Origin: Burkholderiales bacterium
GTDB lineage: Bacteria > Pseudomonadota > Gammaproteobacteria > Burkholderiales > Burkholderiaceae_C
Direction of reading: 5' to 3'
Assembly (NCBI GenBank): GCA_043717565.1
Contig: JAYSXE010000040.1
Location: 4,417-68,416, forward strand
Length of the DNA: 64,000 nt
Shown here piece after piece: positions 40,133-52,100 of the stretch. The translations under genes were made by a program, and so were the position numbers. The notes under the pieces are model-generated. The model saw only the letters and a list, made by a program, of their open reading frames with translations, was not told where the DNA came from and did no database searches. Numbering within the stretch: position 1 is the first letter of the stretch; each line of letters opens with the position of its first letter.

Positions 40133-42127
40133 ATGCACCACAAACACCGCCTGCTGGCCCTTGCCGCTGCCAGCCTGCTGGGCACGATGGCCAGCCTGCC
40201 GGCACACAGCCAGTCGCTCGACGCCACCCGGGCCGCCGCGCGAAAGGCCCTGCAGAGCAACCCCGACGTCACGTCGCGGCTGAACGCCTACCTGGGCAAG
40301 GTGGAAGCGCAGAAAGGCGCTTCGGCCGGCTACCTGCCGCGTCTGGACCTGAACGCCAACGTGGGCACCGACCGCTCGCAAGCGCGCAACGCAACCCCCT
40401 GGCAAAACGTCAGCCGGGGTGGTGCCGGCCTGACCCTGACCCAGGTGCTGTGGGACGGCCTGGCCACCCGCGACGCCGTCACCCGCGCCGGCCACGACCG
40501 CATGGCGCGCTGGTTCGACCTGGTGGACGCTTCTGAACAAACCGCGCTGGATGCCACGCGCGCCATCTACGACGTGCAACGCCAGCGCAAATTGGTGGCG
40601 CTGGCCGAAGACAACCTGCTGCAGCACCAGCAGGCCGCCAGCAAGCTGGAATCGCGCGTGAAGGCGGGTGTGGGCCGGGGCGTGGACCTGGACCAGGCCC
40701 GTGCCCGCCTGGCGCTGGCCGAAGCCAACCGCGACACCGAACTGTCCAACCTGCACGACGTGGCCGCGCGCTACCAGCGCATCGTGGGCGAGTCGCCGGC
40801 ACCCGACATGGGCTCGGTCGAACTGCTGCGCACGGGCCTGCCCAACAGCGCCGACGACGCCGTGCAGCAGGCCCTGGCCCGCAGCGCTGCCATCGCATCC
40901 GGCATTGAAGGCGTGCGCGCCGCACGCGCTGGCGAAGCTGCCAGCCGGTCGGCCATGCACCCGCAGCTGAGCGCCCGCGCCAACGTGGCCGGCGGCAAGA
41001 ACCTGGGCGGCATCGACAGCCGCAAGGCCGAGGCCTCGGTGGAACTGCTGATGAACTGGAACCTGTACAACGGCGGCGGCGACAGCGCCCGCGTGCGTGA
41101 ACAGCAGCAGGCCGTGAAACAGGCCATGGACGTGCGCGACAAGGCCTGCCGCGACGTGCGCCAGACCACGCTGGTGGCTTTCAACGACGCCAACAAACTG
41201 TCCACGCAACTGAACACGCTGGGCCGCAACTCGGCCGCCATCGAACGCGCCCGCGACGCTTACCGCCAGCAGTTCGACATCGGCCAGCGCAGCCTGCTGG
41301 ACCTGCTGAATGCCGAGAACGAGGCCTACACCGCGCGCCGTTCGCTGACCAACGCCGTGTACGACCGCGCCATCGCCTACGCCCGCACACTGGCCGCGCT
41401 GACGCAGCTGAATATGCAACTGGGCATTGCGCGCGAAAGCTTGCCGGCCGACGGCGCCAACTGGAGAGCCGGCGGTGACGCCGCAGGCCGCTGCCCCGCC
41501 GCGGCGGTGGACGTGAACGCATTGCGCAGCGGCGCCGACATGAGCCTGCCCACGGTGGCCGGTGTGCAGCCACCGCCACCGCCGGCCACGGTGTACACGG
41601 CGCCGCCAGCCTTTGCACAGGCCGCCCCCCCGGGGGCCGCTGCGCCGATGGCGCAGCCCGCAATGCCGGCATCGGACAGGGCCGAGCGCGAACGCGCAGA
41701 GCGCATCGAACGGGTGTTGTCAGACCGTGGCGGCAGCAGCGCCAGCACGGCCGCCACCGGCCCCACGGTGGCCACCGCCGGCATTGCCGGCGGAACCGGC
41801 GCCGTGGCCAACCGTGTGCAGGCCTGGGCCCGCAGCTGGCGCGGCCGCGACGCCGCTGGCGTGGCCAACCTGTACGCACCCGGCTTCAAGGGCAGCGCGG
41901 CCAGCCCCGCAGCCTGGGCGCTGCAGACCAAACGGCAGATGGTGGGCAAGGGCGAACTCGACCTGGAAATCGAAGACGTCACGGTGCGCGAACTGCCCGG
42001 TGGTCAGGTCGAGACCCGCTTCCTGCAGAGCATGACCACCACCAACGGCATCGAGGTGAACAACGTGTCGCAGACCTGGCAACAGATCGGCGGCCAGTGG
42101 CGGATCGTGCGCGAACGCAAGCTCTGA
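40133..42127 (+). CDS. lapE: TolC family T1SS outer-membrane protein (LapE/AggA-like) with C-terminal NTF2-like domain
   Basis: GGAG RBS; signal peptide; YLPRLDL, DLDQARARLA, AYRQQFDIGQRSLLDLLNAENE; Pro/Ala linker; C-domain WARSWRGRD...YAPGF...RFLQS...WRIVRER. Confidence 0.88.
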   Translation: MHHKHRLLALAAASLLGTMASLPAHSQSLDATRAAARKALQSNPDVTSRLNAYLGKVEAQKGASAGYLPRLDLNANVGTDRSQARNATPWQNVSRGGAGLTLTQVLWDGLATRDAVTRAGHDRMARWFDLVDASEQTALDATRAIYDVQRQRKLVALAEDNLLQHQQAASKLESRVKAGVGRGVDLDQARARLALAEANRDTELSNLHDVAARYQRIVGESPAPDMGSVELLRTGLPNSADDAVQQALARSAAIASGIEGVRAARAGEAASRSAMHPQLSARANVAGGKNLGGIDSRKAEASVELLMNWNLYNGGGDSARVREQQQAVKQAMDVRDKACRDVRQTTLVAFNDANKLSTQLNTLGRNSAAIERARDAYRQQFDIGQRSLLDLLNAENEAYTARRSLTNAVYDRAIAYARTLAALTQLNMQLGIARESLPADGANWRAGGDAAGRCPAAAVDVNALRSGADMSLPTVAGVQPPPPPATVYTAPPAFAQAAPPGAAAPMAQPAMPASDRAERERAERIERVLSDRGGSSASTAATGPTVATAGIAGGTGAVANRVQAWARSWRGRDAAGVANLYAPGFKGSAASPAAWALQTKRQMVGKGELDLEIEDVTVRELPGGQVETRFLQSMTTTNGIEVNNVSQTWQQIGGQWRIVRERKL

Positions 42128-42138
42128 AGCGACGCCCC

Positions 42139-42162
42139 GCGTGCAGGCCTGAGCCTGCACGC
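42139..42162 (+). other. Intergenic GC hairpin between lapE and lapB; no U tract, so possibly an mRNA stability/processing element
   Basis: GCGTGCAGGC-CTGA-GCCTGCACGC, perfect 10-bp stem. Confidence 0.5.
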
Positions 42163-42212
42163 ACCGGGCGGTTGCAACCACCCGCCACCCCTGTCATGAC
42201 GGAGCCCGCCAC

Positions 42213-44561
42213 TTGACCACCCAGACCGCATACCGGCCCGGAAGCGCTGACGCGCCCGCTGCCGGCGCGCCCGCATCGGCGGCAACCGCTCGGCCAGGCC
42301 CAGCGCATGCGAATGCCGGCGCGACTGCCGGCGCGACTGCCGGCGCTGCAGCCAGCACGGCACCACACACCGAGCGCCTGCGCGAAGACTTGATCTCCGT
42401 GGACCCGCTGCTGGACTGCCTGGTGGAGGTGTGCCGGCTGCACGGCGTTTCGGCGTCACGCGCTTCGCTGACAGCCGCCCTGCCGCTGGACGGTACGCCG
42501 CTGAACCTGGAACTGGCCGAACGCGCCGCAGCCCGCGCGGGCATGGCTGCCAAGGTGCAGCGCGTGGCGCTGGACGCGCTGGACCCGGCCACGCTGCCCG
42601 CCATCCTCATCCTGAAGGGCAACCGTGCCTGCGTGTTGACGGCCAGCTCGCCGCGCCGCGGCGAGGTGCGGCTGCTGATGCCGGAAACGGGCCAGGGTTC
42701 GGTGACGGTGCGCATCGCCGACCTGGCCGCGCGCTACACCGGCGTGGCGCTGTTCGTGCGCCCGCATTTCCGCTTCGACGCGCGCACCGGCAGCGCGGCC
42801 GACAGCGCCACGGCACGCGAAGCCGGCCGCGACGAACACGCCAGTGGCGCCAACCCGCTGAGCCGCCACTGGTTCTGGGGCGTGGTGCTGGAACAGCGCG
42901 GCGTCTACCGCGACGTGCTGCTGGCCGCCCTGTTGATCAACTGCTTTGCGCTGGCGTTCCCGATGTTCTCGATGAACGTCTACGACCGCGTGGTGCCCAA
43001 CCACGCGGTGGAAACGCTGTGGGCGCTGGCCATCGGCGTGTGCCTGATCCTGGCCGCCGACCTGGGCCTGCGGCTGCTGCGCAGCCGCTTTGTGGACGAG
43101 GCCAGCGCGCGCATTGACGTGCAGTTGTCGGCGCAGCTGATGGAACGCGTGCTGGGCATGCGGCTGGAACACCGGCCCAGTTCGGTGGGCAGCTTTGCGC
43201 AGAACCTGCGCGGCTTCGAGCAGGTGCGCGACTTCATCGCCAGCAGCACCGTCACCACGCTGATCGACCTGCCCTTTGCGCTGCTGTTCCTGCTGGTGAT
43301 GGTGTGGATATCGCCGTGGCTGGCGCTGCCCGTGGTGGTAGCCGGCGCGCTGATATTGGGCCTGGGCTGGGTGCTGCAGAAACGACTGCAGGAACTGGCG
43401 CAAAGCACGCACCGCGCCAGCGCCACGCGCAACGCAACGCTGGTGGAAAGCCTGCACGGCATCGAAACCATCAAGAGCCAGGGTGCCGAGGCCAGCGTGC
43501 AGGCCAAGTGGGAACGCACCAATGCGTTCTTGAGCACAGCCAACATCCGCATGCGGTCGCTGTCCACGCTGGCCACCAGCAGCACCGGCGTGATCACGCA
43601 GTGCGTCACGGTGGCCATCATCGTCATCGGCGTGTACCTGATCCAGGAACGCCTGCTGACCATGGGCGCACTGATCGCCTGCAGCACGTTGGCCAGCCGC
43701 GCACTGGCCCCCGCCGGCCAGGTGGTGGGCCTGCTGATGCAGTACCAGGGTGTGCGCACCAGCCTGGAAAGCCTGAACCAGCTGATGGCACAGCCGCAGG
43801 AACGCCCCGCCGGCCGCAGCTTCCTGCAGCGGCCGCAGATGACGGGCGACATCGAACTGCGAGGCGTCAGCTTCAACTACCCCGGCCGCGAAGACAAGGT
43901 GCTGGACAACCTGAACATCAAGATCAAGGCCGGCGAACGGGTGGCGCTGATCGGCAGGGTTGGGTCGGGTAAATCGACCATCCAGCGCCTGATGATGGGC
44001 CTGTACCAGCCCACCGATGGCGCGGTGCTGATCGACGGCACCGACCTGCGCCAGCTGGACCCGGCCGACGTGCGCCGCAACCAGGCTTATGTGTCGCAGG
44101 ACGTGACGCTGTTTTTCGGCACGCTGCGCGAAAACATCGCCTTCGGCCTGCCATTCGCCGACGACAACTCGGTGCGCGACGCCGCCGAGGTGGCCTGTAT
44201 GAGCGACTTCGTCAGCCGCCACCCGCGCGGCTTCGACATGCCGGTGGGCGAACGCGGCGACTCGCTGTCGGGCGGCCAGCGCCAGTGCGTGGGCCTGGCG
44301 CGCGCGGTGCTGCACAACGCGCCCATCCTGCTGCTGGACGAACCCACCAGCGCGATGGACTTTTCCACCGAAGCGCAGGTCACGCAGCGCATCGGCGCCT
44401 TTGCCGCCGACAAGACCGTGGTGCTGGTGACGCACCGCACGTCGATGCTGGCGATGGTGAACCGCGTCATCGTCATCGACGGTGGCAAGGTGGTGGCCGA
44501 CGGCCCGCGCGACCGCATCATGGAAGCGCTGGCCCACGGGCGCATTGCGAGGGCCGCATGA
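42213..44561 (+). CDS. lapB: Type I secretion permease/ATPase with C39-like N-domain (LapB-like)
   Basis: DPLLDCLV, HWFWG, MNVYDRVVPN, GRVGSGKST, LSGGQRQ, LLLDEPTSAMD, VTHR; TTG start uncertain. Confidence 0.92.
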   Translation: MTTQTAYRPGSADAPAAGAPASAATARPGPAHANAGATAGATAGAAASTAPHTERLREDLISVDPLLDCLVEVCRLHGVSASRASLTAALPLDGTPLNLELAERAAARAGMAAKVQRVALDALDPATLPAILILKGNRACVLTASSPRRGEVRLLMPETGQGSVTVRIADLAARYTGVALFVRPHFRFDARTGSAADSATAREAGRDEHASGANPLSRHWFWGVVLEQRGVYRDVLLAALLINCFALAFPMFSMNVYDRVVPNHAVETLWALAIGVCLILAADLGLRLLRSRFVDEASARIDVQLSAQLMERVLGMRLEHRPSSVGSFAQNLRGFEQVRDFIASSTVTTLIDLPFALLFLLVMVWISPWLALPVVVAGALILGLGWVLQKRLQELAQSTHRASATRNATLVESLHGIETIKSQGAEASVQAKWERTNAFLSTANIRMRSLSTLATSSTGVITQCVTVAIIVIGVYLIQERLLTMGALIACSTLASRALAPAGQVVGLLMQYQGVRTSLESLNQLMAQPQERPAGRSFLQRPQMTGDIELRGVSFNYPGREDKVLDNLNIKIKAGERVALIGRVGSGKSTIQRLMMGLYQPTDGAVLIDGTDLRQLDPADVRRNQAYVSQDVTLFFGTLRENIAFGLPFADDNSVRDAAEVACMSDFVSRHPRGFDMPVGERGDSLSGGQRQCVGLARAVLHNAPILLLDEPTSAMDFSTEAQVTQRIGAFAADKTVVLVTHRTSMLAMVNRVIVIDGGKVVADGPRDRIMEALAHGRIARAA

Positions 44562-46024
44562 ACACCAAAGCCAGCACCGGCGCGGCAGCCGCGCTGCCCG
44601 CCCGCCCGCAGACCCTGGCGCAGCGCGCACTGGCCTGGGCTTCCAAAGCTTCGCGCAAGCCGGCTGCCGGCGGGGCCACCGCGCCGGCCGCGGCGCAGCC
44701 AGCGGGCGCGTCAACGGTCAGCGCTTCGGCCATCCGCAGCTTCGAGCAGGCCGCTGAAGGCGTGATCTCACGCCAGCAGCGCCAGCGCGCACAGTGGATC
44801 ACCCGCGCGGCGGGCCTGGTCATGGTCGCGCTGCTGGTGTGGGCGGCCTATGCGCAGGTTGACGAAGTCACCAAGGGCGACGCCAAGGTCATCTCGTCGC
44901 GCCAGCTGCAGCAGGTGCAGTCGCTGGACGGCGGCGTGGTGTCGGCCATCATGGTGCGCGAAGGCCAGGTGGTGGAAGCCGGCCAGGTGCTGTTGAAGAT
45001 TGACGAGACGCGCGCCACGTCCGGGGCGCGTGAAAACGCGGCCCAGGGCTTTGCGCTGCAGGCCCGGCTGGCCCGCGTGCGCGCGCTGGCCGAGGGCAGC
45101 GAATTCAAGCCGCCGGCGCACAACGGGCCTGAAGAGCAGCGCATCCTGGAAGAAGAGCGCAGCCTCTACATCAGCCGCAAGGCCGAGCTGGCCAACCTGC
45201 AGGCCATCAGCCAGCAGCAGCTGGCGCAGCGCCAGCAGGAACTGAGCGAGGTGCGCGCGCGCCGTTCGTCGGCCGAGCGCAGCCTGGCTTCGGCGCAGCA
45301 GGAACTGAGCCGCACCAAGCCGCTGCTGGCCAGCGGCGCGGTGAGCGAGGTGGACATCATCAAGCTCGACCGCGATGTTTCGCGCATCCGCGGCGAAATC
45401 GAACAGGCCGCGGCGCAGATGCTGCGTTCGCAGGCTTCGATCAGCGAAGCGCAGCGCAAGCTGCAGGAAACCGAAATCACCTTCCGCAACGATGCGCGCA
45501 AGGAACTGGCCGAGAACATGGGCCGCCTGAACGCGCTGAACGAAAGCGCCGTGGCGCTGAACGACAAGGTGGACAAGAGCCAGCTGAAGAGCCCCGTGCG
45601 CGGCCGCGTGCAGCGCCTGCTGGCCAACACCGTGGGCGGCGTGGTGCAGGCCGGCAAGGACTTGGTGGAGATCGTGCCGCTGGACGACAAGCTGGTGCTG
45701 GAAGCCAAGGTGAACCCGCGCGACATCGCCTTCATCCACCCCGGCCAGGCCGCCAACGTGAAGTTCACCGCCTACGACTCTTCCATCTACGGAGGCCTGG
45801 AAGCGGTGGTGGAAAACATCAGCCCCGACACCGTGGTGGACGAGCGCGGCAACGCCTACTACCTGGTGCGCGTGCAGACCAAGAAGGCGCAGCTGGGTGC
45901 CAGCATGCCCATCATTCCCGGCATGACGGCCGAAGTGGACGTACTGACCGGCAAGAAGTCGGTGCTGTCCTATCTGCTCAAGCCCATGTTGAAAGTGCAG
46001 CAGAACGCGCTGCGCGAACGCTGA
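44558..46024 (+). CDS. lapC: HlyD family T1SS periplasmic adaptor (LapC-like)
   Basis: WAAYAQVDEVTKG, VQSLDGG, SPVRGRV, DIAFIHPGQ, FTAYDSSIYGGL, PGMTAEVDVLTGKKSVLSYLLKP. Confidence 0.93.
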   Translation: MNTKASTGAAAALPARPQTLAQRALAWASKASRKPAAGGATAPAAAQPAGASTVSASAIRSFEQAAEGVISRQQRQRAQWITRAAGLVMVALLVWAAYAQVDEVTKGDAKVISSRQLQQVQSLDGGVVSAIMVREGQVVEAGQVLLKIDETRATSGARENAAQGFALQARLARVRALAEGSEFKPPAHNGPEEQRILEEERSLYISRKAELANLQAISQQQLAQRQQELSEVRARRSSAERSLASAQQELSRTKPLLASGAVSEVDIIKLDRDVSRIRGEIEQAAAQMLRSQASISEAQRKLQETEITFRNDARKELAENMGRLNALNESAVALNDKVDKSQLKSPVRGRVQRLLANTVGGVVQAGKDLVEIVPLDDKLVLEAKVNPRDIAFIHPGQAANVKFTAYDSSIYGGLEAVVENISPDTVVDERGNAYYLVRVQTKKAQLGASMPIIPGMTAEVDVLTGKKSVLSYLLKPMLKVQQNALRER

Positions 46025-46102
46025 ACACCGCGCTGCCGAAGCCGCCCGCCGCACCACGTTCAGCCCCCGATTTTTCGCCCTGCCCTACCAGAAAGAAGCA
46101 GC

Positions 46103-49100
46103 ATGCCTGTCATCGTTCAAACCGTCACGTCCAAGGTGTCCGCCCTGTGGGGGAAGTCCTATATCCGCGACGCCAATGGCAAGTTCCGGCTGCTGCAACT
46201 GGAAGAGGTTGTGGTGCGCGGCGACATGATCCTGACCGAGCAGAACGCCATCGTGCAGCTCAGCGAGGACCTGAAGGCCGATGCGTCGCCAGCCGCCCCG
46301 CGCGTGGCCTACGCCCGCGCGCCGGTGGACAACGACGTGGACCGTGCCATTGCCGGCCTTGAACGCGGCGAACTGGGTTTTGCCCCTGCCGCTGGCACCA
46401 GTGCCGGCGACGGCGGCCTCACCCCTGCCACGGTGGTGGAACGGGTGGTGGAAGTGGCGCCAGCCGGCTTGCCGGCACAGCCCTTGCCCGTGGTGTTGCC
46501 CACCTTCGGCGAGGCCAGCCCCGTGCCAGCAGCCCCCAGCGTGGCCGTGGCGCCGCCGGTGGGCGCACGCCTGGGTGTGCAGCGCATGGACGGTGACGAA
46601 GTCACCGAAGGCCAGGCCCTGGTGTTCTCGGTGCTGCTGTCGGCCGCCACCACGCAGCCCGTCAACCTGCCCTTTGCGCTGGCGTTCAACAGCGCCGAAA
46701 GCAAGGACATCGGCACGCCGCTGTTCAGCAACGGCGTGGTGCTGAATGCCGACGGCACACTCACCGTGCCGGCCGGCGTGCCGGGCTTCGCGATCACCGT
46801 GCCCACCGTGGACGACCGGCTGCTGGAGCAGCCCGAGACCATCACGCTGACGCTTGATGGGGTGCAGGCCACCGGCCAGGTGAATGACAACGACCAACCA
46901 GGCATCACCAGCGTGGAACCGGGCGAGCCCGGCGCCGATGGCGACGCCGTGGTGGAAGGCAACAGGCTGGTCTACACCGTGAGCCTGAGCCAGCCTTCGA
47001 GCACCGGTTCGCTGTACCCGTTTTCGCTGGGTGGCGCCGCCGGCCAGGGCAACGCCGACACCACCGACCACGGCGCACCGACCTTCAGCGACGGCGTGGT
47101 GTTGAATGCCGACGGCACGCTGACCGTGCCCTCGGGCGTGACCCGCTTCACCATCAGCGTGCCCACCGTGGACGACAGCGCGGTTGAACCGTCAGAGCGC
47201 CTGCCGCTCAGCGTGGGCGGCATCACCGGCCTGGCCACCATCCTGGACAACGACGGCGGCGGCCCGCGCGTGGACACGGTGCTGCCCGGCCCGCCGGGCC
47301 TGCCGGACGACACCACGCCCGAAGGCGCGCCACTGGCCTTCACCGTCACCCTGAGCGGCCCCACCACCGAGCCCACCACATTCCCGTTCCAGCTGGGCGG
47401 CGGCACGGCCGGCGCCGAAGACATCGGCACACCGGCATTCACCGGTGGCGTGACGCTGAACCCCGACGGCACCATCACGGTACCGGCCGGCGTCATCGCC
47501 TTCACCGTCACCGTGCCAACGGCGCAAGACAGCCTAGTGGAAGGCAACGAGACGGTGCCGCTGAGTGTGGGCGGCGTCAGCGCCACCGGCACCGTCATCG
47601 ACGACGACGCAGGCACGCCCACCGTCACGCAGGTGGAACCCGGCCGCCTGGGCCTGGGCGACGACGCCACACCCGAAGGCACGGTACTGAGCTTCGCCGT
47701 CAGCCTGAGCGGCCCCACCGCTGTCGCCACGCGCTACCCATTCAGCCTGGGCGGCGGCACGGCCGCTGCCGGCGACTTCGGCGCCCCGGTGTTCACCGAC
47801 GGTGTCGCGCTGAACAGCGACGGCACCATCACCGTGCCGGCCGGCGTCAGCAGCTTCAGCGTCAACGTGCCCACCACGCAAGACACCCTGGTGGAAGCCA
47901 ACGAACAGCTGCCGCTGACCATCGGCGGCGTGCTGGCCACCGGCACCATCATCGACGACGACAGCGGCCCCCCGGTGGTGGTCAGCGTGGAACCGGGCGA
48001 GCCCGGCGTGGCCGACGACGGCGTGCCCGAGGGCGACGACCTGCGCTTCACCGTCACCCTCAACGAAGCGGCAGCCACCCCCACCACGCACGCCTTTGCG
48101 CTGGGCGGCGGCACGGCCGGCAGCACCGACTTCGGCAACCCCAGCTTCAGCGACGGTGTGGCGCTGAACCCCGACGGCACCATCACCGTGCCCGCCGGCG
48201 TGCTGAGCTTCAGCGTCACCGTGCCCACCACGCAGGACACGCAGGTGGAGAGCGACGAAACCGTGCCGTTGATGGTGGGCGGTAAGAGCGCCACCGGCAC
48301 CATTGCCGACGACGACGGCAGCCCCACCATCACCACCATCGAACCTGGGATGCCCGGCCCCGCCGACAACAGCACGCCCGAGGGCACCGACCTGCTGTTC
48401 ACGGTCGGCCTGAGCGAGCCCACCACGCGTCCGGCCACCTACCCGTTCAGCATGGGCGGCGGCACGGCCGGCGCCGCTGACCACGGCACGCCTGTGTTCA
48501 GCAACGGCGTGACGCTGAACCCCGACGGCACCATCACAGTGCCGGCTGGTGTGGCAGGTTTCACAGTGACCGTGCCCACCACGCAGGACACGCTGACCGA
48601 AGCCGACGAGACCGTGCCGCTCAGCATTGGCGGTGTGCAAGCCACCGGCACCATCGTCGACGACGACTTCGGCAAGCCCACCGTCACACGCGTCGAACCG
48701 GGCGAACCGGGCCTCGCCGACAACGCCACGCCGGAAGGGGCCAACCTGGTCTACACCGTCAGCTTGAGCGGCACCACGGTGGCGCCTTCGGTGTACGCCT
48801 TCAACCTGGGCGGCGGCACAGCCGGCGCCAGCGACATCGGCGCACCGGTGTTCAGCGACGGCGTGACGCTGAACCCTGACGGCACCGTGACCGTGCCCGC
48901 CGGCGTGGCCGGCTTCACCGTCACCGTGCCCACCACGCAAGACAGCCTGGTGGAGACCAACGAAACCGTGCCCCTGGCCGTGGGCGGTGTGTCCGCCACC
49001 GGTTCCATCATTGACGACGACGGTGGCAAGCCCAGCATCACCAGCATCGAGCCTGGCCAACCTGGCCTGGCCGATGACGCCGCGCCCGAGGGCACGGTGC

Positions 49101-52100
49101 TGCAATACCAGGTGACGCTGAGCGCCACCACCAGCCAGCCGGCCACCTACACCTTCGCGCTGGGCGGCGGAAGCGCCGCGGCCAGCGACTTCGGCGCACC
49201 GCTGTTCAGCGACGGCGTGGTGTTGAACGCCGACGGCACGATCACCGTGCCAGCCGGCGTGGCCGGCTTCACGGTCAGCGTGCCCACGGTGCAGGACAGC
49301 AGCGTCGAGCCTGACGAAACGGTGCCGCTCAGCATCGGTGGCAAGGCGGCCACCGGGTCCATCATCGACGACGACGGCGGCCAGCCGCCCATCACCACCG
49401 TCGAACCGGGCCAGCCCGGGGCGGGCGACGACAAGGTCACCGAGGGTGGCACGCTGGTCTACACCGTCACGCTGGGTGGCGCACCAGCAACCCCCGCCAC
49501 CTATTCATTCGCGCTGGGCGGTGGCACTGCCGGTGCGGGTGACGTGGGCGCACCCGCCTTCAGCGACGGTGTGGTGCTGAACACGGACGGCACCATCACC
49601 GTGCCGGCCGGTGTAACCCGCTTCACGGTGAGCGTGCCAACCACGCAGGACACCGCGGTTGAACCGGACGAGTCGCTACCGCTGACGGTGGGAGGCGTTG
49701 CCGCCACCGGCACCATCGTTGACGACGACAGCAACAAACCCACCATCACGCACATCGAGCCCGGCACCCCCGGCCCCGCCGATGACGCGGTGGCCGAAGG
49801 CACCGCGCTGGTGTTCAACGTGGCGCTGAGCGCGCCCACCACCGCGCCCGTCAACTACCCGTTCACGCTGGGCGGCGGCACTGCCACCAACGCGGACTTC
49901 GGCGCGCCCGCGTTCAGCAACGGCGTCACGCTGGACCCCGACGGCAGCATCACCGTGCCGGCCGGCGTCAGCAGTTTCAGCGTCACGGTGCCTACCACGC
50001 AGGACACCACCGACGAACCCGACGAGAGCGTTCCGCTCAGCATCGGTGGCGTGCAGGCCACCGGCACCGTCATCGACGACGACGCGCCCCCCAGCATCCA
50101 GTCGGTCACTGCCGACCCCAATGCCAGCTCCGTCACCGAAGGCGGCACGCTGGCCTACACCGTGACCCTGAGCGGCCCGTCGCCGTCGTCTTCGGTGTTC
50201 GCCTTCATGCTGGGCGGCGGCACGGCCACGGCCGGCGACTTTGGTGCGCCGGTGTTCAGCGACGGCGTCACCCTGCTGCCCAGTGGCGTGGTGGTGGTGC
50301 CCCCGGGCGTGACCAGCTTCAGCGTGCGCGTGCCGACGTTCCAGGACCTCAACGTCGAAGCCACCGAGACCGTGCCCTTGAGCATTGGCGGTGTCAGGGC
50401 TGTGGGCAACATCCTGGACGATGACGGCGGCGGGCCTGGAACGCCACCCACCGTCATCAGCGTGGAGCCCGGCAGCCCGGGCACCAGCGACGACCGCACC
50501 CCCGAGGGCAACAACCTCGTCTACACCGTCAGCCTCAGTGGCACCACCACGGCCACCACCAGCCTGAGCTTTGCGCTCGGCGGCGGCACGGCCAGCAACA
50601 CCGACCTGGGCGCACCCAGCTTCAGCAATGGCGTGACGCTGAACGCCGACGGCACGCTCAGCGTGCCCGCCGGCGTCAGCAGCTTCAGTGTGGTGGTGCC
50701 TACGGTGCAGGACAGCACCGACGAGCCTGACGAAACCGTGCCGCTGCGTGTGGGCGGCGTGGGCGGCACGGGCACCATCGTGGACGACGACGCCACGCCC
50801 ACCATCACGCGGGTGGAACCGGGCAACCCCGGTGTGGGCGACGACGCGGTGCTGGAAGGCACCCCCCTGGTCTACACCGTCAGCCTCAGCAACCCTTCGC
50901 ACACGGCGGCCAGTTTTGCCTTTGTGCTGGGCGGCGGCACGTCGTCTGCGGGCGACATCGGCAGCCCCGTGTTCAGCAACGGCGTCACGTTGGAAAGCAA
51001 CGGCACCCTCTCGGTACCTGCCGGCGTCACCAGCTTCACCGTCACGGTGCCCACGGTGCAGGACACGCTCAGCGAGCCCAGCGAAACCGTGCCCTTGCGC
51101 ATCGGCGGCGTGCTGGCCACCGGCACCATCGTCGACAACGACAGCACGCCGCCCACCATCACCGGTATGGAACCGGGGCGGCCCGGCGTGGGTGACGACC
51201 ACGTGGTCGAAGGCTCGACCCTGGTCTACGCTGTGACGATGAGCGGGCCCTCGGACACAGCCATCAGCTACCCCTTCACGCTGGGCGGCGGCACGGCCGG
51301 CGCGGGCGACATTGGTGCGCCGGTGTTCAGCAACGGCGTGGTGTTGAACGCCAACGGCACCATCACCGTGCCGGCAGGCATCAGCAGCTTCACGGTGAAC
51401 GTGCCCACGGTGCAGGACACCCTGGGCGAGCCTGACGAGACGGTGCCCCTCAGCATCGGTGGCGTCAGCGCCCTGGGCGGCATCACCGACGATGACGGCA
51501 CCCCGGGCATCGACAAGGTGACCGCACAACCGGGCAACGACACCGTCAGCGAGGGCCAGAACCTGGTCTTCAGCGTCGGCCTGACGCATGGCGCGGCCTT
51601 GCCCACCACACACACCTTCAGCCTGGGCGGCGGCAGCGCCAGCGCCGGTGACGTGGGCGCGCCGGTGTTCAGCAACGGTGTGGTGCTGAATGCCGACGGC
51701 ACCATCACCGTGCCGGCCTTCGTCACCAGCTTCACGGTCACGGTGCCCACCACGCAAGACAGCCTGCAGGAAGCAAACGAGACCGTGCTGCTGAACGTGG
51801 GCGGCATCACCGGCACCGGCACCATCGTGGACGACGACTTCAACCGCGCGCCCTTGGTGGGCAGCGTCAGCGCCAGCGTGTCGGAAGAGGGCCTGGCCGG
51901 CGGCATCAAGGACAACACCGGCGCACCCACCGACACCGGTGACGCCAGCACGGTGACGGGGCGCATCAGCATCAGCGATCCCGACGGGCAGGCGCTCACC
52001 ACACCCGTGCTGACCGCGCCCACCGCGGCACTCAGCAGCGGCGGCGTTCCCATCACGTGGCAGGGTTCGGGCACCGGCATGCTGACCGCCAGCGCTGGCG

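Noticed and set aside
46571-51838. Long repeats as a CRISPR array or mobile element
   Set aside because: They are in-frame, diverged protein-domain repeats within one ORF
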